A stretch of DNA of 64,000 bases from an uncultured Actinomycetota bacterium (GCA_963740575.1 CAVUET010000003.1:870887-934886), one strand, 5' to 3'. Counted from the first letter of the stretch, positions 1-9,816 are shown. Translations and numbers: made by a program. Notes: generated by a model not told the origin, from the letters alone.

Positions 1-1
1 C

Positions 2-1552
2 GACACCCCGAACGGCAACCCCTACCGGCAGGCCTTCGTCGTCGGCGGGATGATCGTCATCCTGGGTTGGCTGTCTGCCACCGCCGGCCTGACAGTGCGC
101 CTGGCCGGAGCGGCGCTGGTGCTCGTTCTCGGCCTGTTCATCGCGGTCCGGCACGCCTACGACGTGACGGACACAACTCGCTGGCTTCTGCCCTTGTCGC
201 TGGCTGCACTCGCCCTCATCGGTCTGGGCCTGCGCTACGCGGAGAGCCGCCGTCGAACGGTCGCCCACGTCCTCGCCGTGGGTCTGTTGTTCGGCGCCGT
301 CTTCGGCGAGCAGGTCATGTCGGCCGTGGCCGTCGAGGACAGCAGATCGCAGGTTCTCCATGCCTTGCCGGCCTGGGGAAGCACCGAGACCGGGGCACGC
401 CGGCTGGTCCAGTCTGCGGACGACTGGCCGCGCAGCCGGACCTCGGCGGGCGACCTCGCCACGGTGAACGACCCTATGCTCATCGGCGGCGAGGGAGGCC
501 AGTACTACTCGAGCGCCATCCCCCAGACCCTCTCTGCGACCTTGATCAGGCTCGGGTGGGGCTACAGCTCCTACGGCCGTGCCCTTGTCGATCCGGGACT
601 GCCGTTGACCGACGCGCTGTTCGGCGTGACCCACCGCGTCGTCTCCGGCGACGGCACGGCGAGGCCCGAGAGCCTCCATCTCATCGAAAACCGGGCCGCT
701 CCCCTGTTCACGATCCGCACCGGGCCGTCGATCTCGACGGGGAACCCGGCTCCGTTCGGCGCCCTGGAGACCGCTCTCGGTGCCCCGCTCTTCGACGTGC
801 CGACCGTCACCGTCCACCCCGGAACGGGGATCAAGCTGTCGCTACACGGGAGGAGGCGTGATGTCGTGGCCACCCGCATCGGCAGCGGGGCAGGGAAGGC
901 CAACTTCTCGCTGACCGCAACCTGCGCGCCCGGCAGCACCCTCTACCTGTACGCGCCGGCCTTCGTCGGCCAATACCAGGTGAATGGCGAATGGGTGACA
1001 GCTCTGAGCGAGATCGCCGCCCGTCCCGGGGTGTACACGGGCCTGCCCCTGCGTCAGGTCGGATCCGTGCCGCGGACAGGGCAGGTCCAGGTCGAGTTCC
1101 GGGTGAGCAGCGTCGGGCGCCTTCCGGCCCGATCACTCGGCTGCCTGCGCCCCGGAGCGCTGGCCGCCGCACTGGCTCGACTGCAGGGCGGGGCGCCGAT
1201 GCGGGTATCGGTGTCGGGCCACGGGTTCCGGGCGGCCGTCTCGGGCGGCACCCGGGGCACGCTGGTTGCGGCGACGACCCGGATACCCGGTTGGCAGTGC
1301 TCAACGAACGGCCGGCCGGCTCACGCGCCCGCCGCGGTCGCCGGCCTGGTGGCCGTGCCACTCGACGGCACTACCACCAGCGTCACCTGCTCCTACCGGC
1401 CCCCGGGAGTCAGGCTCGGCCTCCTGGCCAGCGGCCTGTCGCTACTCGGCTATGCCGTGTTCCTGAGGTGGTTCCTTCGTGACCGGCCGACCGAATGGGT
1501 TCTCCGCCGGCGAAGGCCAGCCTCGGGTGGCGAGGCAGCCTCCCTCACCTGA
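2..1552 (+). CDS. Membrane protein, 5' partial. The frame is open to the window edge. It has N- and C-terminal TM helices around a large extracytoplasmic domain, possibly YfhO-like.
   Basis: ORF 50..1552 stays open upstream to position 2 with no stop. There are hydrophobic helices at both ends. GC3-rich codon usage. Confidence 0.4.
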   Translation, partial: DTPNGNPYRQAFVVGGMIVILGWLSATAGLTVRLAGAALVLVLGLFIAVRHAYDVTDTTRWLLPLSLAALALIGLGLRYAESRRRTVAHVLAVGLLFGAVFGEQVMSAVAVEDSRSQVLHALPAWGSTETGARRLVQSADDWPRSRTSAGDLATVNDPMLIGGEGGQYYSSAIPQTLSATLIRLGWGYSSYGRALVDPGLPLTDALFGVTHRVVSGDGTARPESLHLIENRAAPLFTIRTGPSISTGNPAPFGALETALGAPLFDVPTVTVHPGTGIKLSLHGRRRDVVATRIGSGAGKANFSLTATCAPGSTLYLYAPAFVGQYQVNGEWVTALSEIAARPGVYTGLPLRQVGSVPRTGQVQVEFRVSSVGRLPARSLGCLRPGALAAALARLQGGAPMRVSVSGHGFRAAVSGGTRGTLVAATTRIPGWQCSTNGRPAHAPAAVAGLVAVPLDGTTTSVTCSYRPPGVRLGLLASGLSLLGYAVFLRWFLRDRPTEWVLRRRRPASGGEAASLT

Positions 1553-1561
1553 AGGCACGAG

Positions 1562-2461
1562 CTAGGCCTGCAAACGACGGGAGAACTCGTCGGCGACCTC
1601 GGCCGCGGTCAATCCGACCGTTCCCGCCGGGAGCTTCGCCACGATGGCGGCCGCCAGGGCGTCCACGTCCACGCTCGAGCCGCTGGGGAGTGCGGCCACC
1701 ACGGCCCGGGCAATACCGTCCACGCCGAGGGCGGCCAGGTGAGCGGTCTCCTGCAAGGCCACACCGATGGTCGGGCCGGACGACCCGAGCTTCGTCAGCA
1801 GCAGCTGATCGATCACCAGCGCCGCGTCGGCTTTTGTCAGGGGCATGTCGACCTCCTTGGTCCAGAACCATCTGTGGGCGAGCAACTGCGCGCGGGACCC
1901 GCGGTAAGCGGAGAAATCCACATCGCCCGAGTAACCGGTGATGCGGCCGTGCTGGCAGAACTGCCACAGGTCCGGGCCGCTGTCCCAGCCTGATCCGGTG
2001 TCACCGCCCTGCCGGGCGTATACCGAGGTGGCAGACTCCGATGGATCCGACAAGTAGGCCGGTCGCCACCAGCCGCCGTAACCGGATCTCGGCCTGGAGC
2101 CGTTGTAGATGCCACCCACCAGCCCGCCGCGCCTGCGCAGCGCGTTGGCGCAGGCGTACGCGTCGTCGCGGGTGGACCCGGCCTCGGCATCCATCCATAC
2201 GGGTACGTCCTTCGGGACCACGGCTGCGATGTGCGCCGCCTGGGCGTCCGCCGCCCCAGGGTGCAGGAAATGGTAGGCAGCCACCGGCAACCCGATCTTG
2301 CGGGCCCTGGCCAAGAAGGCACTGAACGAGGGGTCGGTGTACCCGGTGCCCTCGGTGGCCTTCAGGATCAGCGCCGAGAACCCCTGCCGTGGAAGGGATT
2401 CGATTGGCAGGCTGGGCTGGTAGTGGCTGGCGTCGACGAGGAACAGGGTCATCATCGCCAC
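1562..2461 (-). CDS. GH25 muramidase (lysozyme), endolysin-like. It has no signal peptide and carries an extra C-terminal domain of about 100 aa.
   Basis: The N-terminus reads LFLVDASHYQ...LILKATEGTGYTDPSF, which is the GH25 catalytic signature. The protein starts directly with the catalytic domain. Confidence 0.8.
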   Translation of the reverse strand: MAMMTLFLVDASHYQPSLPIESLPRQGFSALILKATEGTGYTDPSFSAFLARARKIGLPVAAYHFLHPGAADAQAAHIAAVVPKDVPVWMDAEAGSTRDDAYACANALRRRGGLVGGIYNGSRPRSGYGGWWRPAYLSDPSESATSVYARQGGDTGSGWDSGPDLWQFCQHGRITGYSGDVDFSAYRGSRAQLLAHRWFWTKEVDMPLTKADAALVIDQLLLTKLGSSGPTIGVALQETAHLAALGVDGIARAVVAALPSGSSVDVDALAAAIVAKLPAGTVGLTAAEVADEFSRRLQA

Positions 2462-2729
2462 CGGTCGAAGGTGGCCCTGCCGCTGCTGTCGACGATCCCC
2501 ACGACGCGCTGGGACTTCTCGGCCTGCATTCCGGTGGGCACCTTCGGCTCAGAGGCACTCTCGGGTGAGGTGGCTCACATTGGTGCGCAGCAGGCTAGCG
2601 TCCCGGCGGGCATCGACGAGGCTCATCTGCCGATCAGGCCTCCGGCGGCAGTGGTGAAGTCCCCGTCGAGGCGTTGCCGATGCACGGTGGAGCATCATGA
2701 CATCGTTTCCGTGATGCCATGATGCTTCC

Positions 2730-2996
2730 GTGCGTACCACCATCACCCTTGACGACGACGTGGCCGCTCAGCTGCGACAGCTCGCCCGCGAGACGGGGCG
2801 GCCCTTCAAGCAGGTCGTGAACGACGCCCTGCGCGCTGGGCTCCTTCCGCACCAACCCATGGCTTCAACCGCGGACCTGAGTTTCGCGACCTATCCGCTC
2901 CGCCTTCGCGCGGAGATCAACCTGGACCGAGCGCGCCACCTGGCGGCGGAACTCGAAGACGAGGAGACCGTGCGCAAGTTGCAGCTGCGCAAGTGA
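2730..2996 (+). CDS. vapB: VapB-type antitoxin (ribbon-helix-helix / CopG-like)
   Basis: 88 aa reading MRTTITLDDDVAAQLRQLARETGRP. The stop overlaps a GTG of the downstream PIN gene (GTGA). Confidence 0.7.
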   Translation: MRTTITLDDDVAAQLRQLARETGRPFKQVVNDALRAGLLPHQPMASTADLSFATYPLRLRAEINLDRARHLAAELEDEETVRKLQLRK

Positions 2997-3438
2997 TCGT
3001 CGTAGATGTCAACCTCCTCATCTACGCCGTAGACCGCGACGCGCCACACCACGAAGGGCATACGGCTGGTGGTTGTCGGCGCTGGCCGGGCGGGAGACCA
3101 TCGGCCTGCCCTCCTCGACCATGCTCGCCTTCGCTCGCCTGACCACCAACCCCCGGGTCTTCGCACATCCGCTCACCACCGACCGTGCGTTCGATCTCCT
3201 CGAAGCCTGGACCGCGCACCATCACGTCGTCGCCGTCGAGCCGACGCCGCGGCATATGCCTCTGGTCCGAGGGTTTCTCCAGACCGTGGGCACCGCCGGC
3301 AACCTGGTCACCGACGCCCATCTGGCCGCCATCGCCATCGAGCACGGAGCAACCCTGTGTTCCGCCGACGCCGACTTCACCCGGTTTCCAGGCCTCAGGT
3401 GGACCAACCCGCTGGCTGGGGCCCACGGACCGACGTGA
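2993..3438 (+). pseudogene. vapC: VapC PIN-domain toxin with an apparent 1-nt frameshift near 3065-3072
   Basis: The N-terminal VIVVDVNLLIYAVDRDAPHHEGHTA is in frame 2 from GTG 2993. The remainder of the PIN fold, WLSALAGRETIGL...LAFARLTTNPRVF...GNLVTDAHLAAIAIEHGATLCSADADFTRFPGLRW, is in frame 1 from 3073. Confidence 0.65.
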
Positions 3439-3749
3439 GGTCGAGCACCACCCGCAACACCAGCTGTGCGGCTTCAAGGTTGCTCAGCGTCGAGCACCAG
3501 CCGGTCAGGTTCAGGAAGATCATCGTGACCAGCCACGAGAGTCGCTCGTTGCCGTCAACCAGCGGCTGATTGCGGACCAGGGAATGCAGCAGCGCGGCCG
3601 CCTTCAGCAGAACCGTCGGTAGACCTCCGTGCCACCGAACGCGACGGCGGTCGATGGAGAGCAGAGGCCAGCAGCCCGGGGTCGCGTGCCCGTAAGCCCA
3701 TCCTGCAGCGGTCAGCGAGCACCTGCTCCACGGTCGGGTAGAAGATCAC
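3395..3749 (-). pseudogene. doc: Doc (death-on-curing, Fic-fold) toxin remnant. It has at least two frameshifts and a K-to-E change in the HxFxDGNKR motif.
   Basis: Minus-strand translation gives VIFYPTVEQVLADR...RDPGLLASALHRP in one frame, AVAFGGTEVY in a second, and TVLLKAAALLHSLVRNQPLVDGNERLSWLV in a third. An AbrB/SpoVT-like antitoxin fragment (TFARRATKIRAGGGDALTIVVPKRAQALEILAES) lies upstream at about 3750-3855 with a GTGA overlap. Confidence 0.55.
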
Positions 3750-3905
3750 GACTCGGCCAGGATCTCCAGCGCCTGGGCCCGTTTCGGTACCACGATAGTG
3801 AGCGCATCACCGCCACCGGCGCGGATCTTCGTGGCTCTTCGCGCGAAGGTTCAGCATGGGGCGGGTGGCGTGGGCCGGATGCGGCACTGCGCGAACCGTT
3901 GATCC

Positions 3906-4376
3906 TTGTACATGGTGACCCGCTGCCAGTGCGTTTGGCCAGGTCACGGCGCCGTGGAGCGACCCGTGACGGCCACACCGGCCAACTCCCCGGAGTCAGG
4001 CACTGGCGCCGGTGCACCCAGGGGGCTGACTTCGACGGGATCGGGTGCTGTCAGCGCGGGGACGCGATCCCGCCTGGCCGAGGCCCGGTCACTGTTGGCG
4101 GCGGCCGCCGAGGACCTGGATGGCTGGCTCGCCCGGCGCGCCGCTCCCGGGCGCACCTACGTGCAGGACGGCCACGACGCGATCGGCCGACTCGACGCCG
4201 CAACCCACCTGCTGTACCAAGTCCGCGCGATGCTGGTCAGTCAGCTTCGCGCGGACGAGGACGAGCGGGCAGTCCGAGTCGACCGGCTGATCGCCGAGCT
4301 CAGGGAGGAGCGGGCAGCGCGAAGCGCAGACCAACCGGAACTCGGTGCCCCGGGCCGGGACCGGAGTGAGGGGTGA
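3906..4376 (+). CDS. Hypothetical protein with a helical C-terminal two-thirds
   Basis: ORF with strong GC3 bias and no recognisable domain. The start is uncertain. Confidence 0.3.
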   Translation: MYMVTRCQCVWPGHGAVERPVTATPANSPESGTGAGAPRGLTSTGSGAVSAGTRSRLAEARSLLAAAAEDLDGWLARRAAPGRTYVQDGHDAIGRLDAATHLLYQVRAMLVSQLRADEDERAVRVDRLIAELREERAARSADQPELGAPGRDRSEG

Positions 4377-4463
4377 ACCTTCGTCGTCCACCGTCGGGGA
4401 TCAGGCGGGGTCAGCGATCGGCCCGTTCGCCTTCGGCTCCCCGAGGGTGCCCTGCCAGCGGAC

Positions 4464-5972
4464 TCATTTCTTGGTTTGCCGGGGCGGGTCGTGGCCTTTC
4501 TTGCTGTGGCCGGGTGGGTCGCGCCTCTTCTTGGCGTGGCCGGGTGGCTCGCGCGTCGTGTTGGTATGGCCAGGTCGAGGGCGCACCTTCTGGCTGTGCC
4601 GGGGCGGGGTAGTCCTGCCTTTCGCCTGGCTCGGTGGCGTCGTCGTACCGTGCGCAGGCGTCGTCCGCGACCGGTCGGGCGTCCCGGTCGTGACTGCGGA
4701 GACCGACTGCTGCGGCGCCGGGGACGAGGTGCTCGTGGCTGTGCCGGTCGGGGTGGGGCGCGTGGCAGCAGCGGCTGGCGACCTCGCGCCAGCGCCCGAG
4801 TCGAGCGACGTGGTGCTGACGATGGTTCTGGTAACTGGGGCAGTGTCGGAGGCGTGGCCCGGGTGTAACGCCACTGGGGTGACGGCCGTGACCCCGGTGA
4901 CCGCGACCGCGCCGATCGCCGCGGTCATGGCCGTGGTCTGTGTCGTGAGTGCGGCCGCCAGCGTGGTCGGTGCATGGCCGATCAGCGGCAGCCCGGTCAG
5001 CCACGACAATGGCCCCATGGCCATCATCAGCTTCCGGTGCGGAGTCGTGATCAATGCCCGCACCACCCCAGGATCGAATTGGCTGCCGCTGCAGGCGACC
5101 AGTTCGCGCAGGGCGTTGGCCCGCCCGATCGGCGGCTTGTATGCGCGCGCTGCGGTCATCACATCGTAGGCATCGGCGACAGCGACAATCCGCGCGCCGA
5201 GACAGATCCGTTCACCGGCGAGCCCTCGTGGATAGCCGCTGCCGTCCCACCTCTCGTGATGCTGGACGATCACCTCACCCCAGCCATCCAGCCAGTCCAC
5301 CAGGGGCGCCACCAGCACCGCGCCATGCCGGGGGTGCTCGCGCAGCACCTCCCACTCGGCGGCATTCGGCTGGCCGGGCTTGTTCAACAGCGTGGCAGGG
5401 ACCCGCAGCTTGCCGATGTCGTGCAGTAGAGCCACCCAGCGCAACCGGTCAAGGTCGTGATCGGGCAGCTGCATCCGAGCACCGATCAGGTCGACCAGAG
5501 TACGCACTCGCTCGGAGTGGCCGCGGGTACTGCGGTCGTGCTGGGCGAGGGCGCTTACCAGTACGAGGATCCGCTCAGCCGCCTGCTGGGTACTCTCCGC
5601 TTCCGGGTCGCCCCGCCGGGCCAGCAGCTTGTCCACCTCGCGCCTGCTGGCCACTCTGCCGGCCAGGCGCAGCCGCGACGGCGCCCGCTCCGGGAACAGC
5701 AGCGATAGCTCAAGCAACAAGGCCAAAGGCAGGAGCCGTCGCAGCAGGCGATGGGAACGCCACAACACCAGCCAGCTGGCCGCGCAGATCATGGCGTACC
5801 AGCCGGCGACGGCCCGAGCCCCGACCGGACGAGCCATCACTCGGGATAGGGCTGCGATGGTCAGCACAGACAGGGCGAAAGGGACGACGCTGGCTGTCAC
5901 GCGGACGGCGTAGCCCGCCACGCGGCGGCTGCGCCACCGTGCGTCCTGGCTGTCCCCTCTGGTCAGGATCAT
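4464..5972 (-). CDS. HD-GYP domain protein (c-di-GMP phosphodiesterase family). It has an N-terminal membrane region and a C-terminal Thr/Pro-rich basic repeat tail.
   Basis: HD-GYP signature LLHDIGKLRVP...HHERWDGSGYPRGL. The C-terminus reads ...REPPGHAKKRRDPPGHSKKGHDPPRQTKK and is encoded by a degenerate 30-bp tandem repeat at about 4467-4650. Confidence 0.8.
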   Translation of the reverse strand: MILTRGDSQDARWRSRRVAGYAVRVTASVVPFALSVLTIAALSRVMARPVGARAVAGWYAMICAASWLVLWRSHRLLRRLLPLALLLELSLLFPERAPSRLRLAGRVASRREVDKLLARRGDPEAESTQQAAERILVLVSALAQHDRSTRGHSERVRTLVDLIGARMQLPDHDLDRLRWVALLHDIGKLRVPATLLNKPGQPNAAEWEVLREHPRHGAVLVAPLVDWLDGWGEVIVQHHERWDGSGYPRGLAGERICLGARIVAVADAYDVMTAARAYKPPIGRANALRELVACSGSQFDPGVVRALITTPHRKLMMAMGPLSWLTGLPLIGHAPTTLAAALTTQTTAMTAAIGAVAVTGVTAVTPVALHPGHASDTAPVTRTIVSTTSLDSGAGARSPAAAATRPTPTGTATSTSSPAPQQSVSAVTTGTPDRSRTTPAHGTTTPPSQAKGRTTPPRHSQKVRPRPGHTNTTREPPGHAKKRRDPPGHSKKGHDPPRQTKK

Positions 5973-6305
5973 CGCTGGAGCGGCCCTTTCTCGACGCCGG
6001 CCGACGTTTCAAGAATCGACGCTGTGTCCGGCCAGTTCGAGGCGCCGTCCGGGTGAATGTTCGACCAGACGGCGTTCAACCGCAGGGTCACGTTGGGCTC
6101 GGACCGGACGCGCACGTAGTCAACCCACGTACGCCAGCCCGGTGATCGGCAGCTCGGTGGCCGGGCGGGTTGGCCGGTCCACCGCCCAGGCAAGCGAGTT
6201 CACGAGCTGGTCAACGAGGCGAGCGGCTGTCGCCCAGCCACGGCGCACCGTTGATCATTCCTACTGCCACCGCGATCGAAGGGCGAAGCGGGCTGATGCA
6301 GAGGG

Positions 6306-7922
6306 TCAGTCGGTGCTGTAGGCGGCCCAGTGGGAGGCGTCCCAGCCGTTGCCGGTCCAGCGGGATCCGTTCCAGCCGCCGCCGGTCCATCGGCTGCCGG
6401 TCCAGGTCATGTCGGTCCATCGGCTGCCGGTCCAGCGGGATCCGGCCCAATCGGTGCCGGTCCAGGTCGCGGTCGCCCAGGTGGTTCCGGTCCAGGTGTC
6501 GCCGGTCCAGCGGGAGCCGGTCCAGCGGGAGCCGTTCCAGATCCCGCCGTGCCAGGCGGCGGCTCGTTCCTGGGCGCGGGCCATCGCCTTGGCGTTGAAC
6601 GGGTGTCCGAAGATGTCCCGCTGCCCGGTCAGCGGGGTCGGCCCGTCGGTGACGTCGATCCCGCCGCGAGTGGCGTCCAGGTCGCCCTTGCCGGTGCTGG
6701 CCGGAAACGGCTGCGCCGCGGTCGCCGGGTCGGGTAGCGGCGCGGTAGTCGCGGCGTCGGCATTGACGAGGCCGTTGCCCCAGTGCACTCTCGCGCCGGC
6801 CGCGATCGCCTCCGGGCTGCGCAGCGGGGTTGCGGTGGCGGCCAGCAGGGCCTTGACCTGGTCAGGGCTGGCGGCTGGGTGGGCCTGCAGCACCAGCGCG
6901 GTGACCCCGGCGACGATCGCGGTCGCCTCGGAGGTGCCGGAGCCGCGCTGGAACCGGGTGCCGACCTGCCCGGTGTTGGTCGGCAGGGTGTCCACGAACG
7001 AGCCCGGCACCCGCAGCCCGATCACATGCATGGCCGGGGCGACCAGGTCGATCGGCCGCTTGCCGTTGCCGTGCTGGGCCCAGCCCGGGACCGCGTCGTC
7101 CAGCGGGTCAAGGGTCTTCTTCGGGTTGTCCGCGCCGACCGCGATCACGAACGGGTCATAGGCCGGATCGGCGGCCCGGTTGATCGTCTTGCCGTCGTTG
7201 CCGGACGCGGCGACCACCACGATCCCGTGCGCCCAGGCCTGCTCGACCGCCTGGTCCAGCGGGTCTTTGCGGTAGCCCTGGGTGGAGTCGGTGCCGTAGC
7301 TGAGGCTGATCACCCGGATGTTCAACCCCGGGTCGTGCGCGTGCTGGACCACCCAGTCGATGCCGGCGATCACCTGCGTCACATCCGCCGCACCGTCCGC
7401 GGCGCCGACCTTGACGTTGACGATCCGCGCCCCGGGTGCGATGCCCACGAACTTGGTCGTGTCGCTGTAGCCGAAGGAGTTCAGGCAGCTGCCGCAGCCC
7501 ACGCCGCTGGCGGGGACACCGGCATCCACCCCGGCGATCAGCCCGGCCATGAATGTGCCGTGCCCGTAGGCATCCAGCCCGGGCCTCACCGCGCCCGGGG
7601 CGTCGAAGGACAGATCGGGCCCGGTTACCACCTTCCCCGCCCGGGCCAGCCCCGGCACCGGCGCCACCCCGGTATCGATCACCGCGACATCCACGCCCGC
7701 CCCAGTGACACCGCGCGCCCACGCCGCCTGCGCCCCCACCATCCGCGAGATCGACGACAACGACCCCAGATCCGCCGGGTCATACCCCAACCCGGGCCAA
7801 ACCGACGCCGACGCACCCCCACCAGCCAAGACCGGCCCGGCGGCCAACGCCACCGCCCCCGCGACCAGCGCCACCCGCGACCGGCCCCGGGCCGGGCTCA
7901 ACGGTGCGTGCCTACCAGCCAT
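6306..7922 (-). CDS. Secreted subtilisin-like serine protease (peptidase S8) with a C-terminal W-rich pentapeptide repeat array
   Basis: Catalytic D/H/S motifs VAVIDTGV, HGTFMAGLIAG and GTSEATAIVAG. Signal peptide MAGRHAPLSPARGRSRVALVAGAVALAAGPVLA. A GGGGGAGG Shine-Dalgarno sits just upstream of ATG 7922. The tail reads WNGSRWTGSRWTGDTWTGTTW...GSRWTG, about 14 copies. Confidence 0.85.
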   Translation of the reverse strand: MAGRHAPLSPARGRSRVALVAGAVALAAGPVLAGGGASASVWPGLGYDPADLGSLSSISRMVGAQAAWARGVTGAGVDVAVIDTGVAPVPGLARAGKVVTGPDLSFDAPGAVRPGLDAYGHGTFMAGLIAGVDAGVPASGVGCGSCLNSFGYSDTTKFVGIAPGARIVNVKVGAADGAADVTQVIAGIDWVVQHAHDPGLNIRVISLSYGTDSTQGYRKDPLDQAVEQAWAHGIVVVAASGNDGKTINRAADPAYDPFVIAVGADNPKKTLDPLDDAVPGWAQHGNGKRPIDLVAPAMHVIGLRVPGSFVDTLPTNTGQVGTRFQRGSGTSEATAIVAGVTALVLQAHPAASPDQVKALLAATATPLRSPEAIAAGARVHWGNGLVNADAATTAPLPDPATAAQPFPASTGKGDLDATRGGIDVTDGPTPLTGQRDIFGHPFNAKAMARAQERAAAWHGGIWNGSRWTGSRWTGDTWTGTTWATATWTGTDWAGSRWTGSRWTDMTWTGSRWTGGGWNGSRWTGNGWDASHWAAYSTD

Positions 7923-8343
7923 GACAACCTCCCCCGTCGCCGACGGCAACAACTGCGCGATGCCCGCCGACCAACGTCCCGTAATGTGACTCGCACGGAA
8001 CGTTAGCGACCGCAGTCTCCTGGCGGGACAGATCCGCCGCATTCTGTCCGAACGCATGATCCGCCCGCCGTCCCGGTCCTCTGCTGCTTGACGTTCGAGG
8101 AGTACGTCCACTGTCCGGTTCGAGAAACGGCCAGAGGGACAGCCGGCGTTGACCTGGCCAGGGGCCACCACCTGGTGAAGGGCCTGTCGCGCAACGGCCG
8201 CACCGCCGTCCCGCGCCCCATCTCCAACGCTCCCGGCCGGGATGGGGCCAGGAATCTGGTCGACGACCGTCACCGGGTGGAGCCGCCTCGCTACCGTGGC
8301 CCCCATGCCGGGTGAGAGTGGGGACGTGCCACGCGTCAAGATC

Positions 8344-8574
8344 ATGAATGCGAACTGGTGTCCTGGCCGGGACGGTGCCGAGGGCACGTTCGCTGTCATG
8401 GTCATCACCGATGACGACCAGCGGCGCATCCTGACCGCAAGCCCGAGCGAGATGACCGCCCTGGTCGCTCTGGCAACCGCGGACACGGTCCTGGCCTGGG
8501 ACCAGACCCATCAGATGCTCATCGCGGCGAATATCGTCGGCCAGATGCCGTGGACGACACAAGACCGGCCGTGA
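8344..8574 (+). CDS. Small hypothetical protein
   Basis: ATG at 8344. GC3-biased ORF. No known domain. Confidence 0.25.
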   Translation: MNANWCPGRDGAEGTFAVMVITDDDQRRILTASPSEMTALVALATADTVLAWDQTHQMLIAANIVGQMPWTTQDRP

Positions 8575-8763
8575 TCGCGGATCTCATCCCCGTCTGAGTC
8601 CCGCTCGCGGCGCAGACGGTGACGGCGGCGGCGATGTTGTCGCTGCGCAGCCCAGCCGGTGCCACCACACGCGGGCGAGGCCCACACCCGCCGCGGCTCA
8701 AGCGCGGTCGAGGAGGCGTCGAGAATCGGACAAAGAGCCGCTCGCTGCGGCGAGAGGGGTGCC

Positions 8764-9180
8764 GTGCGCGCGCACGTCGAGGCCACCAGCTACGGCTACC
8801 AGGTCGTTGTGCCCGAGGCGATCACGGTGCTGGACCTGTTGACCTGGCTGCATGATGCGCGCCGGGCGGTCGCCGGGCGCGCAACGTTCGGGCAGCTGAT
8901 CGACCTGCGCGCACCGTCTCAGCTGCACCTGGACGGGGAGTGTGAGCGGATCATGCGGGAGATGATGACGGCGCTCAAGGAGCAGGGCCTGACGCGGTCG
9001 GCGGTGGTGGTCAGTTCCCCACAGGTGCGGCTGACGGCGCAGTCGTTGGCGGTTCAGACCCCGGTACGCGACTGGGAACGGTACTTCTGCGGGCATGACC
9101 CGCACTGGCAGACCGCGGCACTGGACTGGATCACCTGCGGCGCTGAACCGCTTGGTGGCCAGGCATTCCCGGGGCATTGA
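8764..9180 (+). CDS. Hypothetical protein, possibly STAS-like
   Basis: GTG 8764. Segment LIDLRAPSQLHLDGECERIMREMMTALKEQGLTRSAVVVSSPQVR resembles anti-sigma antagonist/STAS folds. Confidence 0.35.
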   Translation: MRAHVEATSYGYQVVVPEAITVLDLLTWLHDARRAVAGRATFGQLIDLRAPSQLHLDGECERIMREMMTALKEQGLTRSAVVVSSPQVRLTAQSLAVQTPVRDWERYFCGHDPHWQTAALDWITCGAEPLGGQAFPGH

Positions 9181-9246
9181 CACGAGCTCACCGGTGCCGA
9201 GGTGGCTGGGCTCTGACCCCATCCCGATGCTGGCCCCGGCGACGTC

Positions 9247-9804
9247 TCAGGACGGCAGCGGCAGCACCAGAGCGTCAAAGACCGGGGCGTGGGGCAGGTC
9301 GGGCCTGATCGCTGCGAGCCATGTGTAGCCCCATTGCTCGTAGCGGCGGCGCACCTTGGGGTGGGTCTGCTCGACCAGCAGGGTGGCGCGTTCCTCCGGT
9401 CGGGCGCGGACGAGTTCGTCGTGGATGCTGCGGGCGACGCTGGAACCGCGCCAGGGTGTACGGACCATGATCTCGTTCAGGGCGAAGGTGCGATGGCCTG
9501 TCTCCTCGAGCTCGTCGGACGCGACGGCGGTCAACAGTCCGCGCCACCACCCGGAGTCAGGCGCAAGCGGATGTCCGAAGGCGTAGCCCACGGGCTGGCC
9601 GTCCTGGCGGGCGAGGACGCATTCCCAGCCGGGGCGGGATGCGTAGCCGCACAGGCGCCGGTAGAACGCCCCCTCGCTGCTGAACGGCCCGGTCAGGACG
9701 GCTGCGTAGATCTCCGCGTAGACGTCCAGGAGGGTCGATTCAACGGACGCAAGGTCGGACCCGGACAGATGCTGGAGACGCAGCGGCGCGACGGGGCCGG
9801 TCAC
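9247..9804 (-). CDS. GNAT family N-acetyltransferase
   Basis: 185 aa with a GNAT-like core (...QPVGYAFGHP...FALNEIMVRTPWRGSSVARSIHDEL). Confidence 0.7.
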   Translation of the reverse strand: MTGPVAPLRLQHLSGSDLASVESTLLDVYAEIYAAVLTGPFSSEGAFYRRLCGYASRPGWECVLARQDGQPVGYAFGHPLAPDSGWWRGLLTAVASDELEETGHRTFALNEIMVRTPWRGSSVARSIHDELVRARPEERATLLVEQTHPKVRRRYEQWGYTWLAAIRPDLPHAPVFDALVLPLPS

Positions 9805-9816
9805 GGTGCCTCGCTC

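Noticed and set aside
6170-6598. Plus-strand ORF with SR/RS-rich repeats (RSRSCRSIGCRSSGIRP...)
   Set aside because: It is the antisense reading of the protease W-repeat array and has no independent support.
7923-8486. Upstream extension of the subtilase ORF to 8486
   Set aside because: A signal peptide and a strong Shine-Dalgarno are at ATG 7922. The upstream translation lacks protein-like character.
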